From: Trichormus sp. ATA11-4-KO1
GTDB taxonomy: Bacteria > Cyanobacteriota > Cyanobacteriia > Cyanobacteriales > Nostocaceae
Direction of reading: 5' to 3'
DNA length: 64,000 nucleotides
NCBI GenBank assembly: GCA_019358915.1
Contig: JAHHIM010000036.1
Location: forward strand, 320,001-384,000
This document shows positions 1 to 9,872 of this stretch, one piece after another. How positions within the stretch are numbered: position 1 is the stretch's first letter; each line of letters opens with the position of its first letter. The position numbers and the translations under genes were made by a program. The notes under the pieces are model-generated. The model saw nothing but the letters and a program-made list of their open reading frames with translations. It had not been told where the DNA came from and ran no database searches.

Positions 1-385
1 GTTTGCGCTCCATCGCGTAACGGATGGAACGCTCAAGTAAAGGCGCATTTAACTGGCTTTTTTCGAGATAATCTGCTGCGCCTGCTTTCATGGCTTCTAG
101 GTCGATTTCCCAATCTCCCTGACCAGTTAATAAAATCATGGGGGAGGAGCAGCCGTTGGCGATGGCTTCGCGCAAGAGTTCTAAACCATTGTGTATTCCT
201 AATCGGTAGTCTACAAGATAGATATCATGATTATTATGAGCGATCGCCTCTTTTGCGGCTGCATAAGTATCTACCCATGCCAACTCGCAGCCAGCAAACT
301 GAAATTCCCCGAACCAATCACGAGTTAAAATGTAATCATCTTCGTCATCATCAATTAATAGAACTCTGATTGGGTTTTTGTTCAT
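1..385 (-). CDS. Receiver-domain protein, N-terminal part (runs off the window edge)
   Basis: Manual translation from ATG at 385: MNKNPIRVLLIDDDEDDYILTRDW...IYLVDYRLG...ILLTGQGD...AGAADYLEKS...ERSIRYAMERK, a typical REC domain; overlaps the 3' end of the 351-848 gene by 35 nt. Confidence 0.88.
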   Translation of the reverse strand, partial: MNKNPIRVLLIDDDEDDYILTRDWFGEFQFAGCELAWVDTYAAAKEAIAHNNHDIYLVDYRLGIHNGLELLREAIANGCSSPMILLTGQGDWEIDLEAMKAGAADYLEKSQLNAPLLERSIRYAMERK

Positions 386-848
386 TTATACCTCCCAAAG
401 CTTCTAGTGGTAATTCCACTATTTCAAACCAGTATTTTCCTACGCTTTTCATAACTTCAACTAAGGAGGCAAACGTCACAGGCTTGATGATGAAAGAATT
501 TGCACCTAAATCATAGGTATGATAAATATCTTCTTCTGCCCCTGAGGTTGTCAGTACTACAACGGGAATGTGCCGTAGGGATGGATCTGTTTTAATGTCT
601 CTTAGCACTTCCAAGCCGTCTTTTTTAGGCATATTTAAATCTAACAAAATTAATCTCGGTCGTGGGGCTATAGTTTTGTCAGTATATTGACCACGGTTAT
701 ACAGATAATCTAGCAACTCCTCACCATTGCTGACAATATGTAAATCGATGGGAAATTGACTTTCTGCTAATGCCTCACGAACTAACATTCTGTCATCTTC
801 ATCATCATCAGCCATTAAGATTGTGATGGTTGTTTGCCCATCTTTCAC
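351..848 (-). CDS. Single-domain response regulator (Rcp1-like)
   Basis: MADDDEDD, LLDLNMPKKDG, VVLTTS, ANSFIIKPV and YWFEIVELP motifs. Confidence 0.93.
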   Translation of the reverse strand: MKDGQTTITILMADDDEDDRMLVREALAESQFPIDLHIVSNGEELLDYLYNRGQYTDKTIAPRPRLILLDLNMPKKDGLEVLRDIKTDPSLRHIPVVVLTTSGAEEDIYHTYDLGANSFIIKPVTFASLVEVMKSVGKYWFEIVELPLEALGGINEQKPNQSSIN

Positions 849-979
849 TCTGTATTGTCTCCTTTACATTAGTTATTGATACAAATTCAGGATGAAATTG
901 CCACGAATTCTGGGAATATCTTTGTAAAATGAACATCTCATTTTACCGTCTTAATATAATCCCTCCGCAGGAAGAAAAA

Positions 980-3955
980 TCAAGAATGGTAATTAATCGG
1001 CAATTTGACAATAAATTTTGTGCCTTGTCCTGGTTTACTTTGTGCTGAAATACTCCCGTGATGTCGTTCCACAATTTTCCGGCAGATAGCTAAACCCATC
1101 CCTGTACCTTTGTATTCCCTATGACCATGTAAACGTTGAAAAATGTTAAAAATGCGATCAACAAACTTTTCTGCAAAACCAATACCATTATCTTCTACAA
1201 TGACTTGGCAAGTTTCCGCAGCAACAGAAACTTTATCTGATTGATTGTGAAAAATTTGACTGTAGACTTTGACAACAGGCGGTACATGGGGGCGGTGGAA
1301 CTTGAGAGCATTGCCAATGAGATTTTGCAACAGTTGGCGCATCTGTAAGGGATCAGCTTTAATAGTAGGTAAATCACCTATTTCTACCTGTCCATTTGTT
1401 TGCTGAATACTTACTTCTAAATCAGACAATACCTCTTGTGCTATCTGTGCCAAATTCACGGAAACAAAAGGCTGTGCTCTAGTGGTAACTCGTGAAAGTG
1501 TCAATAAATCCTTAATTAAAGTCTGCATCCGGAAGGCGGCATTTTGCATCCGTTCTAGATAATCTAGTCCTTGTTCACTTAAGTTGTTTCCACAGGTAGT
1601 TTTCAGCCGCTCACTGAAAGTTGTAATTTTCCGTAATGGCTCTTGTAAATCATGAGAGGCGATAAAGGCAAATTGCTGCAATTCTTGATTAGAACGAGCG
1701 AGTTCTTGCCGTTGACGAGTTTCTTTATCTAGAATCGAGCTCTGATCTAGGGCCACGCCTATTTGATCTGCCAGTTGTCGCAATAGTTCAATTTCCCAGT
1801 TTGTCCACTGACGGGGATGGGCGCACTGATGAGCAATTAGCAACCCCCAAAGTTGATTTTCGCGGAAAACTGGGACGATCAGGTTGGCTTTGACATCAAA
1901 TTGTTGTAGCCATTTGACATAAGCAGGGTGGAGTGCAGCCTGTTCTATATCAGTAATAGCGCTAATTCGCCCCTGACGATATTGCTCAATGTAACCTTCT
2001 CGCAAAGAAGCGTCGGGAATATCCTGTCCCAGCACCACGGGTAATCCAGGGACTACTGCTTCTTTCAGGACAACATAAGCACCATTGGCTCGCAGTCGCA
2101 AGATTAATACACGGTCTGCATGTAGGAGCTTTTGTACCTCTGTAACGCTGGTTTCGAGAATTTCATCGATTTGTAAAGACTTGCGAATTTTTAAAGTGAT
2201 ATCAGCGAATAATTGCGATCGCAAGTTTTGGCGTTCTAATTCTGCTTGTACTTGTTTGAGTTCGTGCAGTGCAGCTCGCCGTTCGCTAATGTCCATCATC
2301 CCACCAATCATTCGCACTACCTTACCATTTTCATCCCATACAGCCTGACCGCGATTTAAAATCCACTTGTAAGAGCCATCCTTACACTGAACTTGATGCT
2401 CGCTAGTATAAAATAAAGTTTTCTTCGTACAGTGGTCAGTAATTGCTTGTCTGACCGCATCAAGATGGTCTGGATGTATCCTGTTTGTCCATTCATACAA
2501 ATTATTGGAAATTTCGTAGTCTTCGTAACCCAGCATTTCCTTCCAGCGCTTAGAGAAAAATACTTCATTTGTTTTCAGGTTCCAGTCCCAAATGCCATCG
2601 TTGTTACCCCGCACAGCCAATTGCCAACGTTCTTCACTTGTTTTGAGTGCATCTTCGACTCGTTGACGCTCAATAGCTGTTGCTAAGACATTGGCAATAG
2701 CTTGCAGAAAATAAATATCATCTTTAGTAAAGGTACGCTGTCTAGTTGTATGTGCCCCTAAAACGCCAAAAGGACTCTCTTTACCATGAATTACCACACT
2801 TATGCCACCGATCACTTGATGCTCATGCAGCAGTGGTGGGCCACTAAATCGCCTTTCTTGACGAAGATTACCGACAATGACTGGTTCTTGAGCAAGTAAG
2901 GTGTAGCCGGCTTGCGAATTTACGTCGGTGCTGACACTTGCTTGTCCCACTAGCCCAGAGTGCCAGCCTACTCCCGCCCGCAGTAGTAAGGCCTCGCCAT
3001 CGGGCAGCAGTTCCAAAATTTTGCAATATTCAACCCTCAAACACTGAGCAACAAGGGTCACACACGAATTCATCAGTATAGTCAAATCTGTGCCAGCTAG
3101 TGCCTTTTGGCTGAGTTGAGCGACCACAGCCTGTTGATTAGCTTGAATCTCTAGTGCTTCTTCTGCTTGCTTGCGTTTGGTAATATCAATATCTACCCCA
3201 CACATCCGTGTAGCCACTCCAGCAGCATCGCGAAAGACTACTCCTTTGCTGGCTAACCAACGAATACTGCCATCGGGAAGAACAACACGAAATTCAATGT
3301 CATAGTCTATCCCTGCTTGAATTGCTTGTTGATCCGCATACCTGACGAAATTCTGATCTTGAGGATGAACGCAATTAATGAAAGCTTCGTAAGTACCATC
3401 AAAAGAGCCTTTTGACTGACCATAAAGCGCTTCTAGGGTATCCGACCAAGTAATTTGTTTGGTTAAGAGGTTCCAGTTCCAAACACCCATGTGGGCTGCC
3501 TCTAATGCCATCCTCAGTTGTGCTTCTCGCAACTGTGCGGCTTCAGTTTGTTGTCGTAATTCCCGGATTGCCCGATTAGCTTCTAGAAGACGGCGTAGTC
3601 TTTGAGACAATACTGGCCACTGAATGGGCTTGGTGATAAAATCAGTTGCCCCTACAGCGAAAGCCTGCTCTATGGATGCTTGATCGTAAAGAGCAGTAAT
3701 CATTAATATCAGTGTATTTTCTGCATCGGGGAGTGTTTGCAACTTAGCGCAACAGGTAAAGCCATCCATCACTGGCATGACAGCATCCAGCAGTACTATA
3801 TCTGGGTGTAGGTGAGTATAGATAGCAAGTGCTTCAAAACCATTCCGCGCTTCTGCCACCTGATATCCGGCTTGTTTTATCAGATAACACAGCTGCATTC
3901 GGGTAAAATCGTTATCATCTACAACCAGAATCAGGGCAGAATCTTGATTGGTCAT
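980..3955 (-). CDS. Hybrid sensor histidine kinase REC-PAS-GAF-PAS-GAF-HisKA-HATPase
   Basis: N-terminal REC (VVDD, LLDAVMP, KP); two PAS/PAC units (W-D/N-W-N...HPDD-like); two GAFs; H-box ASHDLQEPLRKI; G-boxes DNGIG and GTGMGL. Confidence 0.93.
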   Translation of the reverse strand: MTNQDSALILVVDDNDFTRMQLCYLIKQAGYQVAEARNGFEALAIYTHLHPDIVLLDAVMPVMDGFTCCAKLQTLPDAENTLILMITALYDQASIEQAFAVGATDFITKPIQWPVLSQRLRRLLEANRAIRELRQQTEAAQLREAQLRMALEAAHMGVWNWNLLTKQITWSDTLEALYGQSKGSFDGTYEAFINCVHPQDQNFVRYADQQAIQAGIDYDIEFRVVLPDGSIRWLASKGVVFRDAAGVATRMCGVDIDITKRKQAEEALEIQANQQAVVAQLSQKALAGTDLTILMNSCVTLVAQCLRVEYCKILELLPDGEALLLRAGVGWHSGLVGQASVSTDVNSQAGYTLLAQEPVIVGNLRQERRFSGPPLLHEHQVIGGISVVIHGKESPFGVLGAHTTRQRTFTKDDIYFLQAIANVLATAIERQRVEDALKTSEERWQLAVRGNNDGIWDWNLKTNEVFFSKRWKEMLGYEDYEISNNLYEWTNRIHPDHLDAVRQAITDHCTKKTLFYTSEHQVQCKDGSYKWILNRGQAVWDENGKVVRMIGGMMDISERRAALHELKQVQAELERQNLRSQLFADITLKIRKSLQIDEILETSVTEVQKLLHADRVLILRLRANGAYVVLKEAVVPGLPVVLGQDIPDASLREGYIEQYRQGRISAITDIEQAALHPAYVKWLQQFDVKANLIVPVFRENQLWGLLIAHQCAHPRQWTNWEIELLRQLADQIGVALDQSSILDKETRQRQELARSNQELQQFAFIASHDLQEPLRKITTFSERLKTTCGNNLSEQGLDYLERMQNAAFRMQTLIKDLLTLSRVTTRAQPFVSVNLAQIAQEVLSDLEVSIQQTNGQVEIGDLPTIKADPLQMRQLLQNLIGNALKFHRPHVPPVVKVYSQIFHNQSDKVSVAAETCQVIVEDNGIGFAEKFVDRIFNIFQRLHGHREYKGTGMGLAICRKIVERHHGSISAQSKPGQGTKFIVKLPINYHS

Positions 3956-3976
3956 TAGTTAATAAGTGTTAAATTA

Positions 3977-4231
3977 TCAGATTTTCAATAATTCTTGTGT
4001 TGTCTAGGTTCCAGGCAAAAAAGCTAGCCGCAAAGATGACTGACCTATCAGTACGTGCTCGTTTGTTACCAATTCACTGATGGCGATCGCAGGTAGTTGC
4101 AAACTCATAATTTTATGGTGCACGAATGGTATTTTTTCCATCCATATTTGGCATCATCATCTTGATAATGGCTACCCTATTTTATCTTGATACTGTGAGT
4201 AAAATGCTAATGCCTTCATGCCATTACTCAT
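3977..4231 (-). pseudogene. Degraded receiver-domain remnant, probably the former C-terminus of the 4507-5859 kinase
   Basis: Frameshifted translation SNGMKALAFYSQYQDKI / VAIIKMMMPNMDGKNTIRA / LPAIAISELVTNE...AFLPGT*TTQELLKI resembles the C-terminal REC of hybrid kinases. Confidence 0.7.
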
Positions 4232-4245
4232 GTTTTTTATCTGGT

Positions 4246-4489
4246 AGGGTGCGTTAGGACATTAGGACATTAGATTTAACGCACCGCAAAACATTGATGG
4301 TGCGGCGCTTGGCGACAACACAACGCCAGTTGCGACAACTTTGGGAACCAAAGCAACGCACTGGCTCCCAAAAAGTTGTGAAGGATTTGGGGTGATTAGA
4401 TCATTTGTGTGTACACCGTAGCTTAGAGAACAGAAAAAGAGGACTTTAGTCCCGACTACAAACCTTTAATTTTTTATTTGTCAGTCCCT
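4246..4489. repeat. Cluster of short dispersed repeats (GTAG-type palindrome, 46-bp structured repeat, element end)
   Basis: GTAG-GGTGCGTTA...TAACGCACC inverted repeat; 46-bp element at 4323-4368; TTTATTTGTCAGTCCCT (4473-4489) recurs reverse-complemented at 35257-35273. Confidence 0.7.
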
Positions 4490-4506
4490 CAAGACTGGGT
4501 TGCAAC

Positions 4507-5859
4507 CTAATTAATGGCTGGTAAATACACCTGAAATTGTGTACCTTTGCCTACACAACTCGATACTGTGATCAAACCACCATGTCCTTTGACAATTCCC
4601 ATGACTGTAGAAAGTCCTAGTCCCGTACCTTTACCAAATTCTTTGGTTGTGAAAAAGGGTTCAAAAATTTTATCTATTATTTCATCTTTGATGCCTAAAC
4701 CAGTATCAGTAACTGTTAGATAAATGTAAGAACCAACTTTAGCATCAAGGTTCGTTTTCGGATGATTTTCATCAATAAAAATATTTTCAGCAGATATTGT
4801 TAAATTACCACCGTCGGGCATAGCATCACGAGCATTGAGACACAAATTAATCAGTACTTGATAGAGTTGTGTACTGTCACCATAAATTGGTAATAGATTT
4901 GGCTGAATTTCTGTAGAGAGGACAATTGATTGGGGAAATGTTTGTTGGACAATTTGTTGTATTTCTAAAATCAAATGCTTAACTTGAATCACATTGCGGA
5001 TATGCAAAGCGGTTTTTCCGGGGAAATCGCTTTCCATACCTTGCACAAATGACAGCACTTGTTTTACTAAATTAGTACCACGTTTTGTATTATTTTCGAT
5101 TATTGATAAAATCTGTTGAGTGTTGCGATCGCGGCATTTGCTTTGCAGCAGTTGTACTGACATCAAAATTGGTGATAACACATTATTTAAGTCATGGGCA
5201 ATACTACTGGACAGAGTACCAATACTTTCCATGCGTTGAGCGCGCAAGAATTGCTTTTCTAGTTCTTTTTTTTGGGTAATATCAGTGTCAACTACTAAAA
5301 AGGTAGATTCACTGTGACACAATATTTCTTGTGTCTGTTCATACTCTGTCTTGATACTCGTTAGTTCTATCAAGCTACGCCGCATCTCTAGTTGTTTGAT
5401 GATGAGGCGGCTAATCGATTGCAACGCTTTTACTTGTTTTGGTGTGATTTGGCGTGGTATGCGATCTACTACGCACAAAGTGGCGATCGCCTGCCCTCCT
5501 GCTACTATCAAAGGTACGCCAACATAAAATCTCACATAAGGTTCTGAAGTAACTACGACATTTGTGGCATACTGCTCATCTGCTAAAGTGTCAGGAATAA
5601 TTAAAATATCTTTTTGCTGGATGCAAAGCCTACAAAAACCAATATCTATAGGCATTTCCTGTATATCCAACCCTACTTTTGCTTTGAACCACTGACGATT
5701 GGTGTCAAGCAAATTAATTAAAGCTATGGGTGCATCACAAATCTGCGCGGCTAAGAACACCAAATCATCGAATGCTTGTTCTGGCGCAGAGTCGAGAATC
5801 TGATACTGATAGAGAGCCTCAAGCCTTGCTACTTCATGATTACACACTGAAGATTTCAT
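4507..5859 (-). CDS. GAF-domain sensor histidine kinase (apparently internally deleted, no REC)
   Basis: EVARLEALYQYQILDS GAF start; H-box IAHDLNN; NARDAM; DTGLGI; FEPFFTTK..GKGTGLGL. Confidence 0.88.
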   Translation of the reverse strand: MKSSVCNHEVARLEALYQYQILDSAPEQAFDDLVFLAAQICDAPIALINLLDTNRQWFKAKVGLDIQEMPIDIGFCRLCIQQKDILIIPDTLADEQYATNVVVTSEPYVRFYVGVPLIVAGGQAIATLCVVDRIPRQITPKQVKALQSISRLIIKQLEMRRSLIELTSIKTEYEQTQEILCHSESTFLVVDTDITQKKELEKQFLRAQRMESIGTLSSSIAHDLNNVLSPILMSVQLLQSKCRDRNTQQILSIIENNTKRGTNLVKQVLSFVQGMESDFPGKTALHIRNVIQVKHLILEIQQIVQQTFPQSIVLSTEIQPNLLPIYGDSTQLYQVLINLCLNARDAMPDGGNLTISAENIFIDENHPKTNLDAKVGSYIYLTVTDTGLGIKDEIIDKIFEPFFTTKEFGKGTGLGLSTVMGIVKGHGGLITVSSCVGKGTQFQVYLPAIN

Positions 5860-6549
5860 GAAATTTTTCCTAATATAACTGAATTACAACTTGCCCTCGT
5901 GTTAATTGCGGTTCTCTCAATTTATGAAGTTGGGAAAGTATAGGGGTGATATAGCTAAAGTGATGCCTGTTATGAGTCTGTTTTCAAGTACCATACAATT
6001 TACAATGCATCTGAATAATTGGTAGCCCAAACAAAAAAGTTGCTTTCTGGTTAGTTAAGTCTTGACTGCACTTGATCTGCAAAAGTAACTATCGTAATTA
6101 TTTAAAAAGTGTCAGCACATAACTTTAATTACAATTATAGTAATATGTCTTAAGGAGGATGACAGAAAGATTTACTTATATATGTAAATTTACTTAATTT
6201 ATCTTAAATTTATGTCATTATTGATATTTAATTTTGATATTTTAAATTAGTAATAGTAAAAAAATTCCTTGTATGCTTGAATTACATATTTTCTTGAATT
6301 TGTATAAATTAAAATATGTAAAATCAAAAACTTGAGATCCTCCTCAAGGGGGAAGAGCGAAGGGGCTTTTTGGAGAATGGCATCATGGTTAAGACAAACC
6401 ATGATTTTTGAAAAAATACGAAAGTCTAAGAGTAGTTGCTGCTCACATTACTTTGATTCTTAAAATTTCTTAATACAGGATAGTAGGGCTTTGTTAAAGG
6501 ACAATATATTTAAATCCCATAAATACTGAAGCCAGATAATATAACCTCA

Positions 6550-7038
6550 ATGATCACAAATACACTTGCTACTGCGATTAAACCAAAAGCCGAAGATAGT
6601 TTTGCTATTACATTTGCGCCATTGTCTCTTGAAGAAATCTATGCTAAAGCCAATGACTCAGCCAATGGTGCAGTGGTGGTGATGAGTGGAATGGTTCGCA
6701 ATCAGACTGATGGGCAACCTGTAGTCTCTTTAGAATATCAAGCGTATGAAACAATGGCATTACGAGTTTTCTATCAAATTGCTGCTGATATTCGTTCCTC
6801 TTGGTCTGATGTGAATCGAGTGGTGATATATCATCGTATTGGACGTTTGTCTGTTGGAGAAATTAGCGTATTAGTCGCGGTAGGTTGTCCTCATCGTAGT
6901 GAAGCATTTGCAGCTTGCCGCTATGCGATTGACACCCTCAAACACAATGCCCCCATTTGGAAAAAGGAACATCGGGCTGATGGTTCTAGTAGCTGGGTGA
7001 GTATTGGTGCTTGTGAACAGTCAGAAGAAGGCTGCTAA
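6550..7038 (+). CDS. moaE: Molybdopterin synthase catalytic subunit
   Basis: GAVVVMSGMVRN, LEYQAY, HRIGRL..GE, HRSEAF, PIWKKE motifs. Confidence 0.95.
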   Translation: MITNTLATAIKPKAEDSFAITFAPLSLEEIYAKANDSANGAVVVMSGMVRNQTDGQPVVSLEYQAYETMALRVFYQIAADIRSSWSDVNRVVIYHRIGRLSVGEISVLVAVGCPHRSEAFAACRYAIDTLKHNAPIWKKEHRADGSSSWVSIGACEQSEEGC

Positions 7039-7206
7039 ATTTTCACAGGTGATTTCTCAAGAAATTATCGCTTGAAAATATTTAATTCTATTAACTTGGT
7101 AACAAAAATTGTCCCAAAATTCATCTAAACTCTCAAAACATTCCCAACTCAAATTCTTTTTAATTTCTTGCCATAATCGCTCAATTCGATTAACTTGTGG
7201 CGTATG

Positions 7207-7327
7207 TATGCAAGCAAAAGAAATTGGCGATCGCGCCCGTCAATTTATCCTAGAAAATTATACATGGGATAGTGTAGCTGCCAAAATGCTTGCAGTTTAT
7301 CAAGACATTATTACTCTGGGTAAATGA
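7207..7327 (+). pseudogene. C-terminal fragment of a GT4-type glycosyltransferase
   Basis: AKEIGDRARQFILENYTWDSVAAKMLAVYQDII is a typical GT-B/GT4 terminal helix pair; no upstream body is present. Confidence 0.6.
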
Positions 7328-7534
7328 GTTTAATTCGTAATTTTTCAGTAGTCAACGGTTGGCTATATGGAAGGATATGCAACAGGCTCAAGAATCGATT
7401 GAGTTGCGCTGCCTCTTAACCCCACCTACAATTATCATTAACTGAACTGTATGGGAATATTGGGCTTTAGCCCCATGTTTTACATAATTGGAAATTGGGG
7501 TAAGCATTCAGCCTTCAACCGTCAACCGTATTGA

Positions 7535-7957
7535 ATGTTTATGGAAGAAATACTCACCTTAAAATCTTTACTGTTACAAGGTAACATCACGGAAGCCTTG
7601 GCTATTGTCGAAGAACTAGAAGAAATGAGCCGTGAAGATAAAATTAATAATATCCGCAACTATGCTAAAGTCTTGCTACTACATCTTATCAAGCAACAAG
7701 CCGAGCATCGAACAACCCGGTCTTGGGATGTATCAATTCGCAATTGTGTTCGGGAAATTCAGATAAAAAATAAACGCCGTAAGTCAGGAGGCTATTACTT
7801 AACATCAGAAGAATTGCGATTAGTTTTTGAAGAAGCTTATCCATCAGCTTTAGATAATGCATCTTTAGAGGTAGAAGAAGGAAGATATGAAGTAGAAGAG
7901 TTGGAATCAAAAATTGACCAAAACGTTATTATTGATCATGCACTCAATTTAATTTGA
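7535..7957 (+). CDS. DUF29 family protein
   Basis: EELEEMSREDKINNIRNYAKVLLLHLIKQQAEHRTTRSWDVSIRN pattern. Confidence 0.8.
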   Translation: MFMEEILTLKSLLLQGNITEALAIVEELEEMSREDKINNIRNYAKVLLLHLIKQQAEHRTTRSWDVSIRNCVREIQIKNKRRKSGGYYLTSEELRLVFEEAYPSALDNASLEVEEGRYEVEELESKIDQNVIIDHALNLI

Positions 7958-8151
7958 CGTGAATTCGATGAACCTCACCCCAACCCCTCTCCGACACGGA
8001 AAGGGGCAAAAACATCCCCGGTTTTGAACTAAAAATCAAGGTTTCAAAGCCTCTACGCCACTTGCTACAACGCGGGGAACCCGCGCAACGCAGTGGCTCC
8101 TCCTGGCAGGGGAGAGGTTGGGAGAGGGGTTTTTGATATTTGTCGAACTCA
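7957..8151 (+). mobile_element. ~200-bp MITE-like element, copy A, with nested 46-bp repeat at 8055-8100
   Basis: Ends ACGTGAATTCGA...TCGAACTCA; closely similar to the reverse complement of 14132-14333. Confidence 0.8.
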
Positions 8152-8544
8152 ATTTAATTTGATATATGACATAATTCTATCCATTAGTTTATTGATGAGG
8201 CTCATACCCAACTATTACAAATTGCTGGTAAGTCGGCTATGTTATCTGCCTATATCCTTCATGACGATCGCAAGCCTCTCATCTGCTGGTTTTAAGGAAT
8301 GTACACGCATAGCAGCTTCTGTCTTCGACACGCTACGCGTTAGCGGAGCTTATGCCTCCGGTACACTTCGTGGTAAGCGTAGCCATGCCCGTCAGGGCTT
8401 TACGCTTTAGCGATACGCAGAGTAATTCCCAATATAGACTGTGTCTTATACGATGACTTGGCAGATGCCATCTCATACAAAATCGGTGCAGTTTGACTGC
8501 ACCGATCGCACAATTTTTAACTTTAATTGCACCTGACATTTCCC

Positions 8545-9621
8545 TCACGCCAATGCTGAAGCTTGGGGTTTGGCAAAAATCATCCGTCCGGCGGAGGTTT
8601 GCAAAGCACTGGTAACTACTACGCGCACTTCACCACCTACGTAACTACTACCTTCCTCAACAACAACCATTGTGCCATCGTCTAAATAGCCAACTCCTTG
8701 ACTGGGTTCTTTGCCTTCCTTGAGAATCTTTAGGTCAAGATTATCACCAGGTAAGTAAGTAGAACGCACAGCGTTGACTAAATCATTGACATTCAACACA
8801 GGTACTTTTTGTACACTAGCAACTTTAGATAAGTTGTAATCGTTGGTGAGCAATGTACCATTGATTTCTTGGGCAAATCGCACCAATTTTGCATCTACTG
8901 TGGCAATATCTTCATAATCCACAGGATTAATCAAGATACGCTCAGGGTAATCTTTCTTAATTCGGTTGAGAATCTCTAATCCGCGCCGTCCCCGTACCCG
9001 CTTTTGGTCTTTGCTGGCATCAGCTACTTGTTGCAATTCCTGCAAGACAAATTGTGGCACAATAATTTGTCCTTCCAAAAACCCTGTTTCTAGTAGGGCT
9101 TCAATGCGTCCATCAATAATACAACTGGTATCTAAAACTTTGGTATGCGCAGGTTTTAGTGTCCCTTCCACTATCATTGTCTCTACGGTGTTGGGATTAA
9201 TGAACCGTAATAAACCTCGTCCGTGGGTATCCGCCAAATTCATCCCAGTCACAGCAAGTAAAATACTACCGACGACTGCCACTAATGGTTTAATAAAGCC
9301 AAAATCCGCCGGGATGGGTAGCAAAAATAATGGAGCCAGCATTAGGTTCGCTAACAATAGCCCGATAACTAAGCCAATGGCGCGAGTTAAAATCATTTCC
9401 AGAGGCATTTCTCGGACTTGTGTTTCTAGACGACGATATGAAGTCTGAAAACTCAGTCCTACTGCACCGCCAATAATAGCGGCAAAGACGGCAACAACTA
9501 AGCGTAAAGCGTCTAAGTTTGTCACCCCATCTAGCGAGCCATCGGGTAGTAGTTCAATGCTGTAGAACCCTATTCCCGCCGCAGCTAGGATAAATGAGAG
9601 AATGATAATAGCATCCAGCAT
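8545..9621 (-). CDS. PIN/TRAM domain membrane protein (YacL/Ycf81-like)
   Basis: N-terminal TM helices; LDTSCIIDGRI PIN motif; TNDYNL; GKEPSQGVGYLDDGTMVVVE TRAM region. Confidence 0.92.
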   Translation of the reverse strand: MLDAIIILSFILAAAGIGFYSIELLPDGSLDGVTNLDALRLVVAVFAAIIGGAVGLSFQTSYRRLETQVREMPLEMILTRAIGLVIGLLLANLMLAPLFLLPIPADFGFIKPLVAVVGSILLAVTGMNLADTHGRGLLRFINPNTVETMIVEGTLKPAHTKVLDTSCIIDGRIEALLETGFLEGQIIVPQFVLQELQQVADASKDQKRVRGRRGLEILNRIKKDYPERILINPVDYEDIATVDAKLVRFAQEINGTLLTNDYNLSKVASVQKVPVLNVNDLVNAVRSTYLPGDNLDLKILKEGKEPSQGVGYLDDGTMVVVEEGSSYVGGEVRVVVTSALQTSAGRMIFAKPQASALA

Positions 9622-9872
9622 AGTTGTGTTGTTTTCCTGCGATTGTGTGACCCAATAAAGTCAAGTATTTTTTATGTCCTCGGTAAGAAAGATTAATCAA
9701 TATTGACTTACACTAGGGGTTTAAGCAGGGAATATCTGCAAATATTATAACTAAAGTGTTTTCTCTTAATATTTTTCACGATTTTGTTGTAAAACGATAA
9801 AAACTTGTAAAAAAACTATTTATTTTCACTGTTTGTAATTCTCAATTGGATTAATTAATTCTTTCTAAAATC

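Noticed and set aside
8093..8548. ORFs 8093-8410 and 8333-8548 (also 14205-14393 and 35331-35543)
   Set aside because: They are translations of repeat elements.
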